A stretch of DNA of 64,000 bases from Myxococcota bacterium (GTDB lineage: Bacteria > Myxococcota_A > SURF-8). The stretch covers positions 1,888,001 to 1,952,000 of the forward strand of contig OZ223209.1 of the NCBI GenBank assembly GCA_965140415.1, in the 5' to 3' direction. A model generated the notes under the pieces. The model did no database searches. It was not told the origin of the DNA and was given only the letters and a program-made list of their open reading frames with translations. This document shows positions 9,034 through 19,044 of the stretch, in pieces; positions within the stretch are counted from its first letter, which is position 1; each line of letters opens with the position of its first letter. Position numbers and translations under genes: made by a program.

Positions 9034-10464
9034 TCAGCCTTTCATGTCGGAACGTTGGCTAAGCAAATCAAGCAGTTCCGGCGCCGCCTGTTTGACGTTG
9101 CCAGCTCCCAGGGTGATGAAAAGATCGCCCTCGGCGGTTTCCTCACTGGCAATTTTCGCGGCGTCGAACATATTCGGAAAATAGCGTACATCCGGATGTC
9201 CGGCTCCTTTGATGGCTTCGCTCAGACGCTCTGCCGTAATGCCGGGAATCGGCGTTTCTCCTGCCTGGTAGATGTCCGTTACCAGCAGCACATCGGCGTC
9301 GCCGAAGGAGGCGGCAAAGGCGTCGAACAGATCGCGTACGCGGCTGTAACGATGCGGCTGGAATAGCGCGAAAACGCGCTTGTTGAAGTTGTTTTTCGCA
9401 GCACGCAATGTGGCGCGGATTTCCTCCGGGTGATGCGCGTAGTCGTCCACGACCGTGACGCCGCCTACCATGCCTTTGACCTGGAAGCGTCGGTCGATGC
9501 CTTGGAAGCTTGCGATTGCGCTGGCAATGGTATCGAAGGGCAGTTCCAGATCGAGCGAACAGGCAATGGCCGCCAGTGCATTCTGTACGTTGTGACGACC
9601 GGGCAGGGGAACGAAAACTTCTCCCATCGTCTGCCCTTGTACGCGAACCTTAAAGCGAGTTCCCAGCTTTTCGGGTTGCAGATCGAAAGCCGACACGTCG
9701 GCCTCTTCCATCAATCCGTATGTGACGAAACGGCGCGTGATGCGCTCGCGGATTTCTGCAACCTTGGGATGATCCAGGCAGATGACATTGGTGCCGAAAA
9801 AAGGAACGCAGTTGGCGAATTGTACAAAGGCATCCACGAGATTGTCGTAGCTGCCGTAATGCTCCAGATGCTCGGGGTCGATATTGGTGATCACGGTCAA
9901 AACCGGAGTCAAGCGCAAAAAGGAACCGTCGGATTCGTCCGCCTCGGCCACCAGATAGGCGCTTTCTCCGAGCTTGGCGTTGCTGTCGAAGGATTCCAGC
10001 CGTCCGCCTACCAAGCAGGTGGGGTCTACGCCGCCTTCGGATAGAATCCAGGCGATCAGGCTGGTTGTGGTGGTTTTGCCATGCGTTCCGGCAATGGCGA
10101 TGCCTTCTTTCATACGCATCAGTTCGGCCAGCATTTCCGCACGGGGGATGATCGGAATACCGCGTTCTTGCGCCTCGATAAATTCAGGATTGTCGGGGTG
10201 GATGGCCGAACTGTAAACCAGCACGTCGGCAGCACCGACATTTTCGGCGCTGTGGCCGATGAAAATCTTCGCGCCCAATCCACGCAGACGGCGCACGTTG
10301 GCACCGTCGTGAATGTCCGAGCCGCTGACTTCGAAGCCTTGCGTCAATAAAACCTCGGCGATGCCGGACATGCCGATGCCGCCGATGGCCACCAGGTGAA
10401 TCCGTTTGATTTTCGTTTTTAAAAAGCCTTGATTGCGTTTACTCATGATTGGATTCCGTTTCAT
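9034..10464 (-). CDS. murC: UDP-N-acetylmuramate--L-alanine ligase
   Basis: IGGIGMSGIA, AGTHGKTTTT, EADESDGSF, DDYAHHPEEI, FQPHRYSR. Confidence 0.97.
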   Translation of the reverse strand: MKRNPIMSKRNQGFLKTKIKRIHLVAIGGIGMSGIAEVLLTQGFEVSGSDIHDGANVRRLRGLGAKIFIGHSAENVGAADVLVYSSAIHPDNPEFIEAQERGIPIIPRAEMLAELMRMKEGIAIAGTHGKTTTTSLIAWILSEGGVDPTCLVGGRLESFDSNAKLGESAYLVAEADESDGSFLRLTPVLTVITNIDPEHLEHYGSYDNLVDAFVQFANCVPFFGTNVICLDHPKVAEIRERITRRFVTYGLMEEADVSAFDLQPEKLGTRFKVRVQGQTMGEVFVPLPGRHNVQNALAAIACSLDLELPFDTIASAIASFQGIDRRFQVKGMVGGVTVVDDYAHHPEEIRATLRAAKNNFNKRVFALFQPHRYSRVRDLFDAFAASFGDADVLLVTDIYQAGETPIPGITAERLSEAIKGAGHPDVRYFPNMFDAAKIASEETAEGDLFITLGAGNVKQAAPELLDLLSQRSDMKG

Positions 10465-11575
10465 TGCGCGAAGATGCCGTACTAGAAGATAATCCAGCTA
10501 AACGCTTTAGTAATTCAACCGTATCAACCGTTGCCTTTGGGCGTCCGGCCATTTTTGCTGCTTGCCCACGCCGGGTCAATTCTTCGGGATCGGCCAGGCG
10601 ATCCTTTAGAAAAGAAGCCAGGAAATCCGGCGTGAATTCCGGCTGACGCACCATCCAGGCGCCGTCGTTGTCCACAAGTTCCTGGGCGTTGGCTGCCTGA
10701 TGATCGTCGGCGGCGGTAGGTAGCGGAACGAATAACGCCGGGCGTCCGACGATTGCCAATTCCGCGCAAGTGCCTGCGCCCGCTCTACAAATTACGAGAT
10801 CCGCAGCTTGATAGGCCGAGATCATGTCGTCGATGAATGGGGAAACCTCCGCTTGGACGTTCGCTTCTGTGTAGGTTTGTTGCAGCCAGGGAGCGTCTGC
10901 CGAGCCGGATTGATGGTGGACGAACAACCGCTTATGGTAATCGGGCAATTGAAGCAGGGCTTTGGCGACCGTTTCATTGATTGCGTGTGCACCCTGACTG
11001 CCGCCTGTGACTAGTATCCTTATGATATCGGATGTCTTTTCCTGTTTGGTCGTTTCCTGTTCGGCTTGTTCCAGAATGCGTGTCCGTATTGGATTTCCCA
11101 ACCGATGCACTTTTTCAGCAGGGAAAAACGCCTCGGCACGGGCGAAATGCGTGATGACCGCCCGCACTCGTTTTCCTAGAATTCGATTGGTTACGCCGGG
11201 GCGGGAGTTCTGCTCGATAATCGCAGTCGGACGACCCAGAAGCCAGGCCGCCAGCACTAATGGACCGGAGGCATAGCCGCCCACTCCAAGCACCATATCC
11301 GGCCAGAAGCGCAACACAATCCAACACGATTGCAACAGACTAATCGGAAGTTTGATGAGGTTCAATAGTGTTTTAAATAACCCCATGCGCTTTAGGCCGC
11401 CGACAGTAATCAGTGCCAATGGGTAGTTCAATTTCGGTAAAATGCGTGCTTCTATGCCGTTCTTTGTCCCGACGAACAGCAATTCGTGATTGCCTTCTTC
11501 ACTAAGTATTTCAGCTACCGCCACACCGGAAAAAAGATGTCCACCGGTGCCACCGCCTGCGATTAAAAGTTTCAT
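10439..11575 (-). CDS. murG: Lipid II GlcNAc transferase MurG
   Basis: True start MKLLIAGGGTGGHLF at 11575 (ATGA overlap with the ftsW stop); GGYASGP, EQN..PG.TN, GNPIR, GGSQGA, RAGAGT..E. Confidence 0.96.
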   Translation of the reverse strand: MKLLIAGGGTGGHLFSGVAVAEILSEEGNHELLFVGTKNGIEARILPKLNYPLALITVGGLKRMGLFKTLLNLIKLPISLLQSCWIVLRFWPDMVLGVGGYASGPLVLAAWLLGRPTAIIEQNSRPGVTNRILGKRVRAVITHFARAEAFFPAEKVHRLGNPIRTRILEQAEQETTKQEKTSDIIRILVTGGSQGAHAINETVAKALLQLPDYHKRLFVHHQSGSADAPWLQQTYTEANVQAEVSPFIDDMISAYQAADLVICRAGAGTCAELAIVGRPALFVPLPTAADDHQAANAQELVDNDGAWMVRQPEFTPDFLASFLKDRLADPEELTRRGQAAKMAGRPKATVDTVELLKRLAGLSSSTASSRNETESNHE

Positions 11576-12744
11576 CGCCGACCTCCCCGGAAATTGGAAT
11601 AGTTCACGGTATAGCGACTGATATTCAGAAGAATACCTACAGCGGCCAGAGTCGATAGCAGCGCCGATCCACCATAGGAAATAAAGGGCAGAGCCAGTCC
11701 TTTGGGGGGCAGTACACCCAGCACGACGCCGGAGTTGAAGAGGAACTGTAGCGATAACAATGTCGTTAAGCCGAAAGCCAGGTAGCAGCCGAAGGTGTCC
11801 GGCACTCGTAGTGAAATCTGGTAGCCGCGTATCGCCAGCACCGCAAACAAAAACAGTAACAGTGCCACTCCGAAGAATCCGAGCTCCTGTCCCAGTGTCG
11901 CCAGGATGAAATCGCTGTGGGCTTGCGGTAAAAAGAACATTTTCATCGTTCCTTTGCCAAGTCCTTCTCCGAAAAAGCGACCCGAGCCGAAACTGATCAG
12001 GCTTTCGCGTACCTGATAGCACAACAGCGTATAATCCTCCTTTTCACCGAGGATCGTCAGGATCTGATTCATAAAGGCCGTCAAGCGCCCCAGCGCGTGC
12101 GGGAAAATCAACATCATACTGCTGATCAAAGGCAGCAGAACGGCACCCGCCACCAGCAGGTATCGCATGGGTGAACCGGATACGAAAAGCATGGCGATAA
12201 TCGCCAGCAGCATCAAGGCGGTGGTACCGAAATCGGGTTCAATTAAAATCAGCGCCAGCATACCGATGGGAATCAGCAGGTGATTTAAGAAGCCGGAGAC
12301 AAAAGTCTTGTTGCGCTCTTTCTGTTTGCTGACCGAATAGGCAACGTACATAATCAAAATCAGCTTGGCCAATTCGGAAGGTTGCAGATGGAACGATCCA
12401 ATGGGTATCCAGCGGCGCGCACCACCGATCAATCTGCCTACACCGGGAATCAAAACGGCGATCAGCATGATGAGCAGTACTGCCAGCATCGGATAAATCA
12501 GCTTTTCATAATTTTTATAGTTGATGTGGCTCGTGATGAACAACACAACAAAACCGCCAACAACAAAAGCCAACTGGCGATAGAAAAAGAAAAATTCGTC
12601 GCCGATGCGGCGCTCGGCAAAGAAGGCGGAAGAAGAGAAGACCATCACCAGCCCGATGGCAAGCAGCAACAGCGTAACCGCCAACAGGATCAGATCGATC
12701 TGTCGTGCAGCCAGGGTTTGAGATGATGTCTTCCGATTCGCCAT
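11572..12744 (-). CDS. ftsW: SEDS peptidoglycan polymerase FtsW
   Basis: GARRWI, QPSELAK, EPDFGT, LPQAHSDFI, LPFISYGGS; multiple TM helices. Confidence 0.96.
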   Translation of the reverse strand: MANRKTSSQTLAARQIDLILLAVTLLLLAIGLVMVFSSSAFFAERRIGDEFFFFYRQLAFVVGGFVVLFITSHINYKNYEKLIYPMLAVLLIMLIAVLIPGVGRLIGGARRWIPIGSFHLQPSELAKLILIMYVAYSVSKQKERNKTFVSGFLNHLLIPIGMLALILIEPDFGTTALMLLAIIAMLFVSGSPMRYLLVAGAVLLPLISSMMLIFPHALGRLTAFMNQILTILGEKEDYTLLCYQVRESLISFGSGRFFGEGLGKGTMKMFFLPQAHSDFILATLGQELGFFGVALLLFLFAVLAIRGYQISLRVPDTFGCYLAFGLTTLLSLQFLFNSGVVLGVLPPKGLALPFISYGGSALLSTLAAVGILLNISRYTVNYSNFRGGRR

Positions 12745-12754
12745 CGTAACTCGC

Positions 12755-13840
12755 TTAGAGGTTGAATTTCAGTTTCAAGGTGGCCAGTCCCAACAGTGCT
12801 AAAATGATGGAGACGATCCAGAGCCGCACCACCATTTTTTGTTCCGCCCAGCCGCGCAGTTCCAGGGAATGATGGAACGGAGCCATGCGGAACACGCGCT
12901 TGCCTGTCAATTTGAAGGACGCTACTTGAATGATGACGCTTAGCGTTTCCATTACGAAAATGCCACCGACCAGCACCATTAGTAGTTCGTTTTTCGTGGC
13001 GACCGCCACATAGCCCAATGACGCACCCAGGCTCAAGCTACCGACATCACCCATAAATACCGAGGCGGGATGCGTGTTGTACCAAAGAAAGGCCAGGCAG
13101 GCTCCGAAGATCGCACCCGTGAAGATCGTCAGTTCTCCCGACATGGCGATGTGCGGCACGTGCAGGTAGCTGGAAATGACCATGTTTCCGGATATATAGG
13201 CTAATACGGCATATACCAGCGAGGTCGTCATCACCGGACCTACTGCCAGACCGTCGGCACCGTCTGTCAGGTTAACGGCATTGGCCGTGCCGACGATGAT
13301 CAGCGCTCCGAAGGGCAGAAAGAACCAGGCCGGAAGATCCTGAATTGGATGCCACAGGAAAGGAATCGCCAGATCCGTGGTCATATCGGTGTGGGTGAGC
13401 AGGTAAAACACCAATACAAAGGATAGCGCAAACTCGATCACGATTTTATAGGAGCCTTTGAAACCGTCGGTATTCTTTTTGGAAACCTTCAGGTAATCGT
13501 CGATAAAGCCGACCAGGCCAAAACCACCTGCTACCGCCAGGGCGATCCAGGTGACGTGCGTGTCCAGCCGAGCCCACAAAAAAGTGGAAAGAGCTAGCGA
13601 CAATAAGATGATGCCTCCACCCATGGTGGGGGTGCCTTGTTTGGCAAGGTGCGACTGGGGACCGTCTTCGCGGATTGTCTGGCCATATTGATGGTTTTTC
13701 AAGGTACGGATAAACCAGGGTGCGAACACGAAAGTGATTAGAAATGCGGATAGAACCGCCATAAAGGTTCGGAAGGAAATGTATCGGAAAATGCGAAATA
13801 CGGTTTCCGATCCGAAGATTTCATAGAGATAGTAAAACAT
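12755..13840 (-). CDS. mraY: Phospho-N-acetylmuramoyl-pentapeptide transferase
   Basis: KQGTPTMGG, GFIDDY, NAVNLTDGADGL, FMGDVGSL, MAPFHH. Confidence 0.97.
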   Translation of the reverse strand: MFYYLYEIFGSETVFRIFRYISFRTFMAVLSAFLITFVFAPWFIRTLKNHQYGQTIREDGPQSHLAKQGTPTMGGGIILLSLALSTFLWARLDTHVTWIALAVAGGFGLVGFIDDYLKVSKKNTDGFKGSYKIVIEFALSFVLVFYLLTHTDMTTDLAIPFLWHPIQDLPAWFFLPFGALIIVGTANAVNLTDGADGLAVGPVMTTSLVYAVLAYISGNMVISSYLHVPHIAMSGELTIFTGAIFGACLAFLWYNTHPASVFMGDVGSLSLGASLGYVAVATKNELLMVLVGGIFVMETLSVIIQVASFKLTGKRVFRMAPFHHSLELRGWAEQKMVVRLWIVSIILALLGLATLKLKFNL

Positions 13841-13842
13841 GT

Positions 13843-15255
13843 TTACTCGTTTCTCCCCACCCGGTTCTCGATAGCGGCGAAACTACGCTCCATGCGCGAA
13901 CCGCGCGAACCCTTGATTAAAATCAGGTCTTCCGGCAACAGAATTCGTTCGATGGCTGCCTGGTAGTCATCCCAGTTTTCATAGGCTTGTGCCTGTTCAG
14001 CAGACAATCCCGCCTCTTGCGCCCCTGCGACCGTATACTGTGAAAAGCGCCCGAACGCCAGCAATATATTCACTTGATTTTCGACTGCTGCCGCTCCGAT
14101 TTCGCGATGTAATTGTTCCGACTGTACGCCCAGTTCCAACATATCGCCGAGTAAGGCGATTTTGCGTTTGTTTGGTCCCAGTTCTTTCAATAATTGCAGC
14201 GCCGCCTTAGTGGAAGAGGGGTTCGCATTGTAGCAGTCATCCAGAATCGTATAACCTTTATATGTCGTCACCAGTTTCAATCGACGACCCGGAATTTCGA
14301 CCTTGGCGATACCGGCAGGCATACAGCTTGGCTCAACTCCTGCCGCCCAGGCTCCGGCCATAGCACACAGCAGGTTCGAAATATTGTGGCGACCCAGTAG
14401 CGGCAGAGTCACATCCACCCGATCCTGCCCAAGACGCACGGTTGCCTGGAAGCCTTCGGAAGAGGGGCGGATGTCTTCCGCCTGGACATCGGCGGTGGGA
14501 TCTTGCAATGAAAACGTAAGGGTACGCGCCCGGCATTGTTCGCCCAGCATACGTGTATGTGGATTGTCCAGATTCACAATGGCCACGGCTTCCGGTCCCA
14601 GTGCATCGAACAACTCGCCTTTGGCACGTCGAATGGCATCGATGCTGCCCAGAAATTCAAGGTGCGCCGGGTGAACGTTGGTGATCAACCCGATATCGGG
14701 TGCGCCGATTTTCGCCAGCCGTGCAATCTCGCCCAGCGCGTTCATGCCCATTTCCATCACGACGGTCGGTTCGTCCCGTAACGAGAGCAGGGTCAATGGA
14801 CCGCCGATCAGGTTGTTCAGGTTGCCTTCCGTTTTGTGAACCGGGGTCTTTTCCGCCAGAATGGCGGCGAGTAGCTCTTTGGTCGTGGTTTTCCCATTGG
14901 AGCCGGTAACGGCCAGTACTTTGGGCGCTTGTTTCATCCGCCAGAAATGCGCCAGATCGCCCAGGGCGCTCAGGGTGTCATCCACAACGAAGGCTGCCGC
15001 AGTTGGATGAGCTTGCAGCAAGTGGTCCAGATCGTCGCAGCGGGAGACGATCAGGGCTGTGGCACCAGTGTCCAAAGCCTGCGACAGATAGTTGTGGGCA
15101 TCGAAACGGTCACCGATCAACGCCACGAACAGTTCATCGGTTTTCAAGCTACGGGTGTCGGTGCAGACCGATCGCACCATGCCTTGCTGTGCGCCTCTCC
15201 AATGAGAGAGACCGAGCGCCTGTGCGATCTGTTGAAAACTCAGCTTCATGCTCAT
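13843..15255 (-). CDS. murF: UDP-MurNAc-tripeptide--D-Ala-D-Ala ligase
   Basis: TGSNGKTTTKE, NLNNLIG.P, EMGMN..GEI, DDCYNANPSS, GDMLELG, KGSRG.RME. Confidence 0.96.
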   Translation of the reverse strand: MSMKLSFQQIAQALGLSHWRGAQQGMVRSVCTDTRSLKTDELFVALIGDRFDAHNYLSQALDTGATALIVSRCDDLDHLLQAHPTAAAFVVDDTLSALGDLAHFWRMKQAPKVLAVTGSNGKTTTKELLAAILAEKTPVHKTEGNLNNLIGGPLTLLSLRDEPTVVMEMGMNALGEIARLAKIGAPDIGLITNVHPAHLEFLGSIDAIRRAKGELFDALGPEAVAIVNLDNPHTRMLGEQCRARTLTFSLQDPTADVQAEDIRPSSEGFQATVRLGQDRVDVTLPLLGRHNISNLLCAMAGAWAAGVEPSCMPAGIAKVEIPGRRLKLVTTYKGYTILDDCYNANPSSTKAALQLLKELGPNKRKIALLGDMLELGVQSEQLHREIGAAAVENQVNILLAFGRFSQYTVAGAQEAGLSAEQAQAYENWDDYQAAIERILLPEDLILIKGSRGSRMERSFAAIENRVGRNE

Positions 15256-16790
15256 GGTGAGCCCTCTGTATTTTCGTATTTGAGCGCAAGTGCCTCGGCT
15301 GCTTCCTTGCGATCATCGAAGTCGTGTTTGACCGTACCAATGATTTGATAGGTCTCGTGGCCCTTGCCCGCGATGAGAATCACATCCCCTGTACGTCCAG
15401 CATTGACGGCAAAGCGGATGGCTTTCCGGCGATTTTCGATTACGACGAAACTATTTCGTTTCATGGCGGCAGGATCGTAGGGGTTGCCTTCCTGCAAGCC
15501 GCTTTTGCGAACACCTGGAACGATCTGTTCCAGAATTTCAACCGGATCCTCGGTTCTTGGATTATCGCTGGTAATGACGGCAATATCTGCCAGTTCTCCG
15601 GCAACTTTCCCCATTAATGGTCGTTTGCCCTTGTCTCTGTCGCCGCCACAGCCCATTACCACGATTAGCCGTCCAACTTTCAACTGTTGCAGCACTCCCA
15701 GTGCGTTTTTCAATGCGTCAGGCGTGTGGCTGTAATCCACGAAAATATGCAGGCCATTAGGATCGGCGACGCGCTCCAGTCTTCCTGGGATCACCTGAAG
15801 CGTTTCCAAGCCCGCGATGGCGTCGTCGGGGTCCAGCCGACAGGCCAAGCCGATGCCCAGAACCTGTAACAGATTGGAGACGTTGTAATCACCGATCAAA
15901 GGAGACCGCAGGGTATAGGTTTTACCGTTGATTTCGAGTTCCGCCAGTGAGCCCTTGATCGTGACGACATTGTGTGTGCAACGTAAATCGGCTCGCCAGT
16001 CGTCTTTGAGCGAGGTACGCAATACGCGCCCGCTGAATCCTACGATCAGGGAATCGGCTACCGGATCGTCGGCATTGATGACCGCCGTTTTGTGCAGCTT
16101 GGCGCTTTTTTCCAACAACGGTACGAACAATCGCCGCTTGGCTTCCGCGTAGCGACCCATGGTCTCATGATAATCCAGGTGATCGCGGCTCAAATTGGTG
16201 AACAGAGCACAATCTAGCTCAATGCCATCGGCGCGTCGCTGGTCCAGGGCGTGGCTGGAGATCTCGACGAACAGATGCGATACTCCATGCTGCACCATGT
16301 CACTCAACAGTTTCTGAAACGTGATGGGACCGGGCGTGGTGTTGGGTGCGTCCTGAACGATATCGTCATAGCGGTAGTTAACCGTGCCGATGACGCCCGG
16401 TTTCTTACCGGTGGCTTTCAACATGGCTTCCGACATGTAGGTGATCGAAGTTTTTCCGTTGGTGCCGGTGATCCCGCAGATAAATAGCTTTTTGGAAGGA
16501 TGACCGAAAAAGTGCGAAGCCAACGACCCGACGATGTTGCGGGTGTTTTCAAAGCGCGCAAAGGAGATACCTTCCGGAAGATCGGTTTCGGTCTCGGCGA
16601 TAATGGCGGTTGCACCTTTGTCCAGCGCCGATTGGATGTAGCGGTGTCCGTCTGCCGCAGAGCCACGGGTGGCGATAAAGCAGCAACCGGGCTGTACCTC
16701 GCGGGAATCGGTGGTGATTTGTGCGATTTCTGGATCGAGCGAATTGTGCTGCAAAGGTGAAAAGGGTTGAATGAGATCGAGAAACTTCAT
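15252..16790 (-). CDS. murE: UDP-MurNAc-Ala-Glu--meso-DAP ligase
   Basis: Start MKFLDLI at 16790 (GGAGG SD, overlaps the ftsI stop); TGTNGKTS, TTP, E.SSH, DHLDYH, DYSHTPD, DNPR (mDAP specificity), GKGHE.YQ. Confidence 0.96.
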   Translation of the reverse strand: MKFLDLIQPFSPLQHNSLDPEIAQITTDSREVQPGCCFIATRGSAADGHRYIQSALDKGATAIIAETETDLPEGISFARFENTRNIVGSLASHFFGHPSKKLFICGITGTNGKTSITYMSEAMLKATGKKPGVIGTVNYRYDDIVQDAPNTTPGPITFQKLLSDMVQHGVSHLFVEISSHALDQRRADGIELDCALFTNLSRDHLDYHETMGRYAEAKRRLFVPLLEKSAKLHKTAVINADDPVADSLIVGFSGRVLRTSLKDDWRADLRCTHNVVTIKGSLAELEINGKTYTLRSPLIGDYNVSNLLQVLGIGLACRLDPDDAIAGLETLQVIPGRLERVADPNGLHIFVDYSHTPDALKNALGVLQQLKVGRLIVVMGCGGDRDKGKRPLMGKVAGELADIAVITSDNPRTEDPVEILEQIVPGVRKSGLQEGNPYDPAAMKRNSFVVIENRRKAIRFAVNAGRTGDVILIAGKGHETYQIIGTVKHDFDDRKEAAEALALKYENTEGSP

Positions 16791-18538
16791 TTGACCTCCG
16801 CGAAACTTTGAGTCTTGGTGGTGCATACACCCAATAACGGTGCGGATTTCTCCGCGATTTCCTTGAATGCCGGGCCGGCTACGTCGCCGCCGTAATATTT
16901 TTTCCCCATCGGTTCGTCCACCATCACGGCGATTAAAAGCTGGGGATTGTCAGCTGGCAGAAAGCCGACGAAGCTGCTGGTCCAGTAATCGCGAACCTTG
17001 TATTTCGCATTTTTAGCGAGCTTTTCCGCCGTACCGGTTTTTCCAGCAACCGGACAGCCTTCCACCTGCGCCTGCGTTCCGGTGCCGCCTTCCTGTACCG
17101 CAGCGACCAGCATCTGGCTGACCTGCTCGGCGATTTCTTCGGAAATCACGCGGCGTACTTCAACCGGTGGAAAGTCTTTCTTCACTTCACCTTCGGCGGT
17201 CAGCACTTGCTTGACTAGTCGCGGACGCATCAGGCGGCCTCCGTTAGCAATTACCGCAAAGGCGCTGGCCAATTGCAGCGGTGTGACGTTCAAACCCTGA
17301 CCGAAGGAAATGGTGGCCAATTCGACGGGTTGCCATCTTTCCGGTTTGGCCAGAATGCCACGTATTTCGGAAGGGAGGCGAATGCCCGTGGGCTGGGCAA
17401 AGCCGAAACGCAGCAGGTAGTCGTATAGCGTTTCTGCGCCTAATTCCGTTCCGATTTTGGCTACTCCAATATTGCTCGATTTGGCAAGCACGTCAGTGAT
17501 ACTCAACCAACCGTGTTTCTTGGTGTCGTGAATCGTGTCAGGACCGATGGTCAGTTCCCCGAAACCACAGTAAATTTTATCCTGCGGTTTATGCATTTCC
17601 TCCGCCAGTGCGGCTGAAATGATCATCGGTTTCAAGGTGCTACCCGGTTCATAGCTGTTTTCAATGGCGAAATTGTGCAGCCGTTCCTGGGGTATGCCGT
17701 TCAAATCATTCGGATCGAAAGTCGGGTATTGCGCCATGGCCAGGATTGCGCCTGTTTTGGGCTGCATGACGACCACGATCCCGCTTGCGGCTTTGTGTTC
17801 CTTAACCGTTTTCTTGATAACGTGTTCGGCGGCGAATTGCACGCCTTTGTCAATGGTGAGCAGTACATGATCGCCGGTCGGTGGGTCAAGGGACAGATCC
17901 AGCGTTTCCAGCGTGACGTTACCGAAGAGATCCTTCAGGCCCTTCAACTTGACGGCGTCGCTTTGCAGATCGTCATCGAAACTGCGCTCGACCCCCATTT
18001 TCCCATTCAAGTCGATATTGGTGAAACCAAGAATAGGCGCAGCCAGGCTGCCATTGGGGTAGAAACGCTTGTTTTCATCGGAGAGCAGCAGTCCGCGCGG
18101 ACGGTCGTCTTCCGGCAATGCGTTCATGGCGGATTGAAAACGGTCTATTTCTTTCTCGTTTAAACGGCGCTTGAGCCAGACGAAGTAGCGGTCGTAGTCG
18201 ATGCGTGCCAGTCGGTTGGCACGATTGCCGATGGTTTTTTTCGCTACCTGACGAGCGAATTCCTTTTCTTTGGGAGTCATGTTGCGCGGTTGTGCCGCTA
18301 AAGAGGGCACCTGCTTGTTGGTGGCCAGTAAGCGCTTCTGACGGTCGTAGATTTCACCTCGGCGCGGATGGATAACGATGGAGCCGATCGTTTGACGATT
18401 GGCCATGTTCCAGTGTTTTTCCCCATCGACTACCTGAATCGAAAACGCACGAATACCGATCAAGGCCATAAACATCAGCACCAGCGCCATGATGATGCCG
18501 ATTCTCAAATGCGTTTTTCGGTAGTTGCGGTCGAGCAT
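16787..18538 (-). CDS. ftsI: Class B penicillin-binding protein FtsI (PBP3)
   Basis: RGEIYDR, R.YP.G, EPGSTLK (SxxK), SSNIG (SxN), GKTGTA (KTG). Confidence 0.95.
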   Translation of the reverse strand: MLDRNYRKTHLRIGIIMALVLMFMALIGIRAFSIQVVDGEKHWNMANRQTIGSIVIHPRRGEIYDRQKRLLATNKQVPSLAAQPRNMTPKEKEFARQVAKKTIGNRANRLARIDYDRYFVWLKRRLNEKEIDRFQSAMNALPEDDRPRGLLLSDENKRFYPNGSLAAPILGFTNIDLNGKMGVERSFDDDLQSDAVKLKGLKDLFGNVTLETLDLSLDPPTGDHVLLTIDKGVQFAAEHVIKKTVKEHKAASGIVVVMQPKTGAILAMAQYPTFDPNDLNGIPQERLHNFAIENSYEPGSTLKPMIISAALAEEMHKPQDKIYCGFGELTIGPDTIHDTKKHGWLSITDVLAKSSNIGVAKIGTELGAETLYDYLLRFGFAQPTGIRLPSEIRGILAKPERWQPVELATISFGQGLNVTPLQLASAFAVIANGGRLMRPRLVKQVLTAEGEVKKDFPPVEVRRVISEEIAEQVSQMLVAAVQEGGTGTQAQVEGCPVAGKTGTAEKLAKNAKYKVRDYWTSSFVGFLPADNPQLLIAVMVDEPMGKKYYGGDVAGPAFKEIAEKSAPLLGVCTTKTQSFAEVK

Positions 18539-18555
18539 GACTCTTTCTGTTTCGA

Positions 18556-19044
18556 TTATTTCAGTTTCGTAATGTCGGAACTGCTAGGGCGGCGCATGCC
18601 GCGTTTTTCTGCATTTCGGATAATCAACTCCGGTTTCAAATAGGTCGTGATCTGGTTTTGAAGCTTTTCCTGTTGCAGATGCAAACTCTGCTCCTGGCGC
18701 ATTAACTCGGTGATTTTGAAGCGGGTTCGGCGATCGTGCACGACCGAGGACACGTAGACCAGGCAGATCGCAACCAGGGCTACGATAAGGGACACGAAAG
18801 CCAGTCGCTGAATGTTGCTGATCTGAAACGCGCCTTGTGGCTTGGCCACGGGCTTGGCTGCTTGGGCACCGGTATTGCGGCGGGTTTTGGTTTTTGCAGC
18901 GGCGGAGTTTGCATTGGCCAGTCTCACGCGGGTCGTGCGTGTTGCGGCGGTGCTACGTTTGGCCGTGCCGGATGAAGCGCTACGGCTTTTTTTCGGTAGG
19001 CTGATTGTAGCATAGCTCTTTTTCTGCTGAATGACATATTTCAT
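18556..19044 (-). CDS. ftsL: FtsL-like protein with long basic N-terminal tail
   Basis: Position between rsmH and ftsI; about 80-aa basic low-complexity N-terminus, one TM, heptad coiled coil, and a C-terminal A.K.GM..P motif typical of FtsL. Confidence 0.75.
   Translation of the reverse strand: MKYVIQQKKSYATISLPKKSRSASSGTAKRSTAATRTTRVRLANANSAAAKTKTRRNTGAQAAKPVAKPQGAFQISNIQRLAFVSLIVALVAICLVYVSSVVHDRRTRFKITELMRQEQSLHLQQEKLQNQITTYLKPELIIRNAEKRGMRRPSSSDITKLK

Noticed and set aside
11576-12022. 148-aa N-terminal extension of MurG in the ORF track
   Set aside because: Overlaps ftsW in another frame; the canonical MurG start is at 11575.
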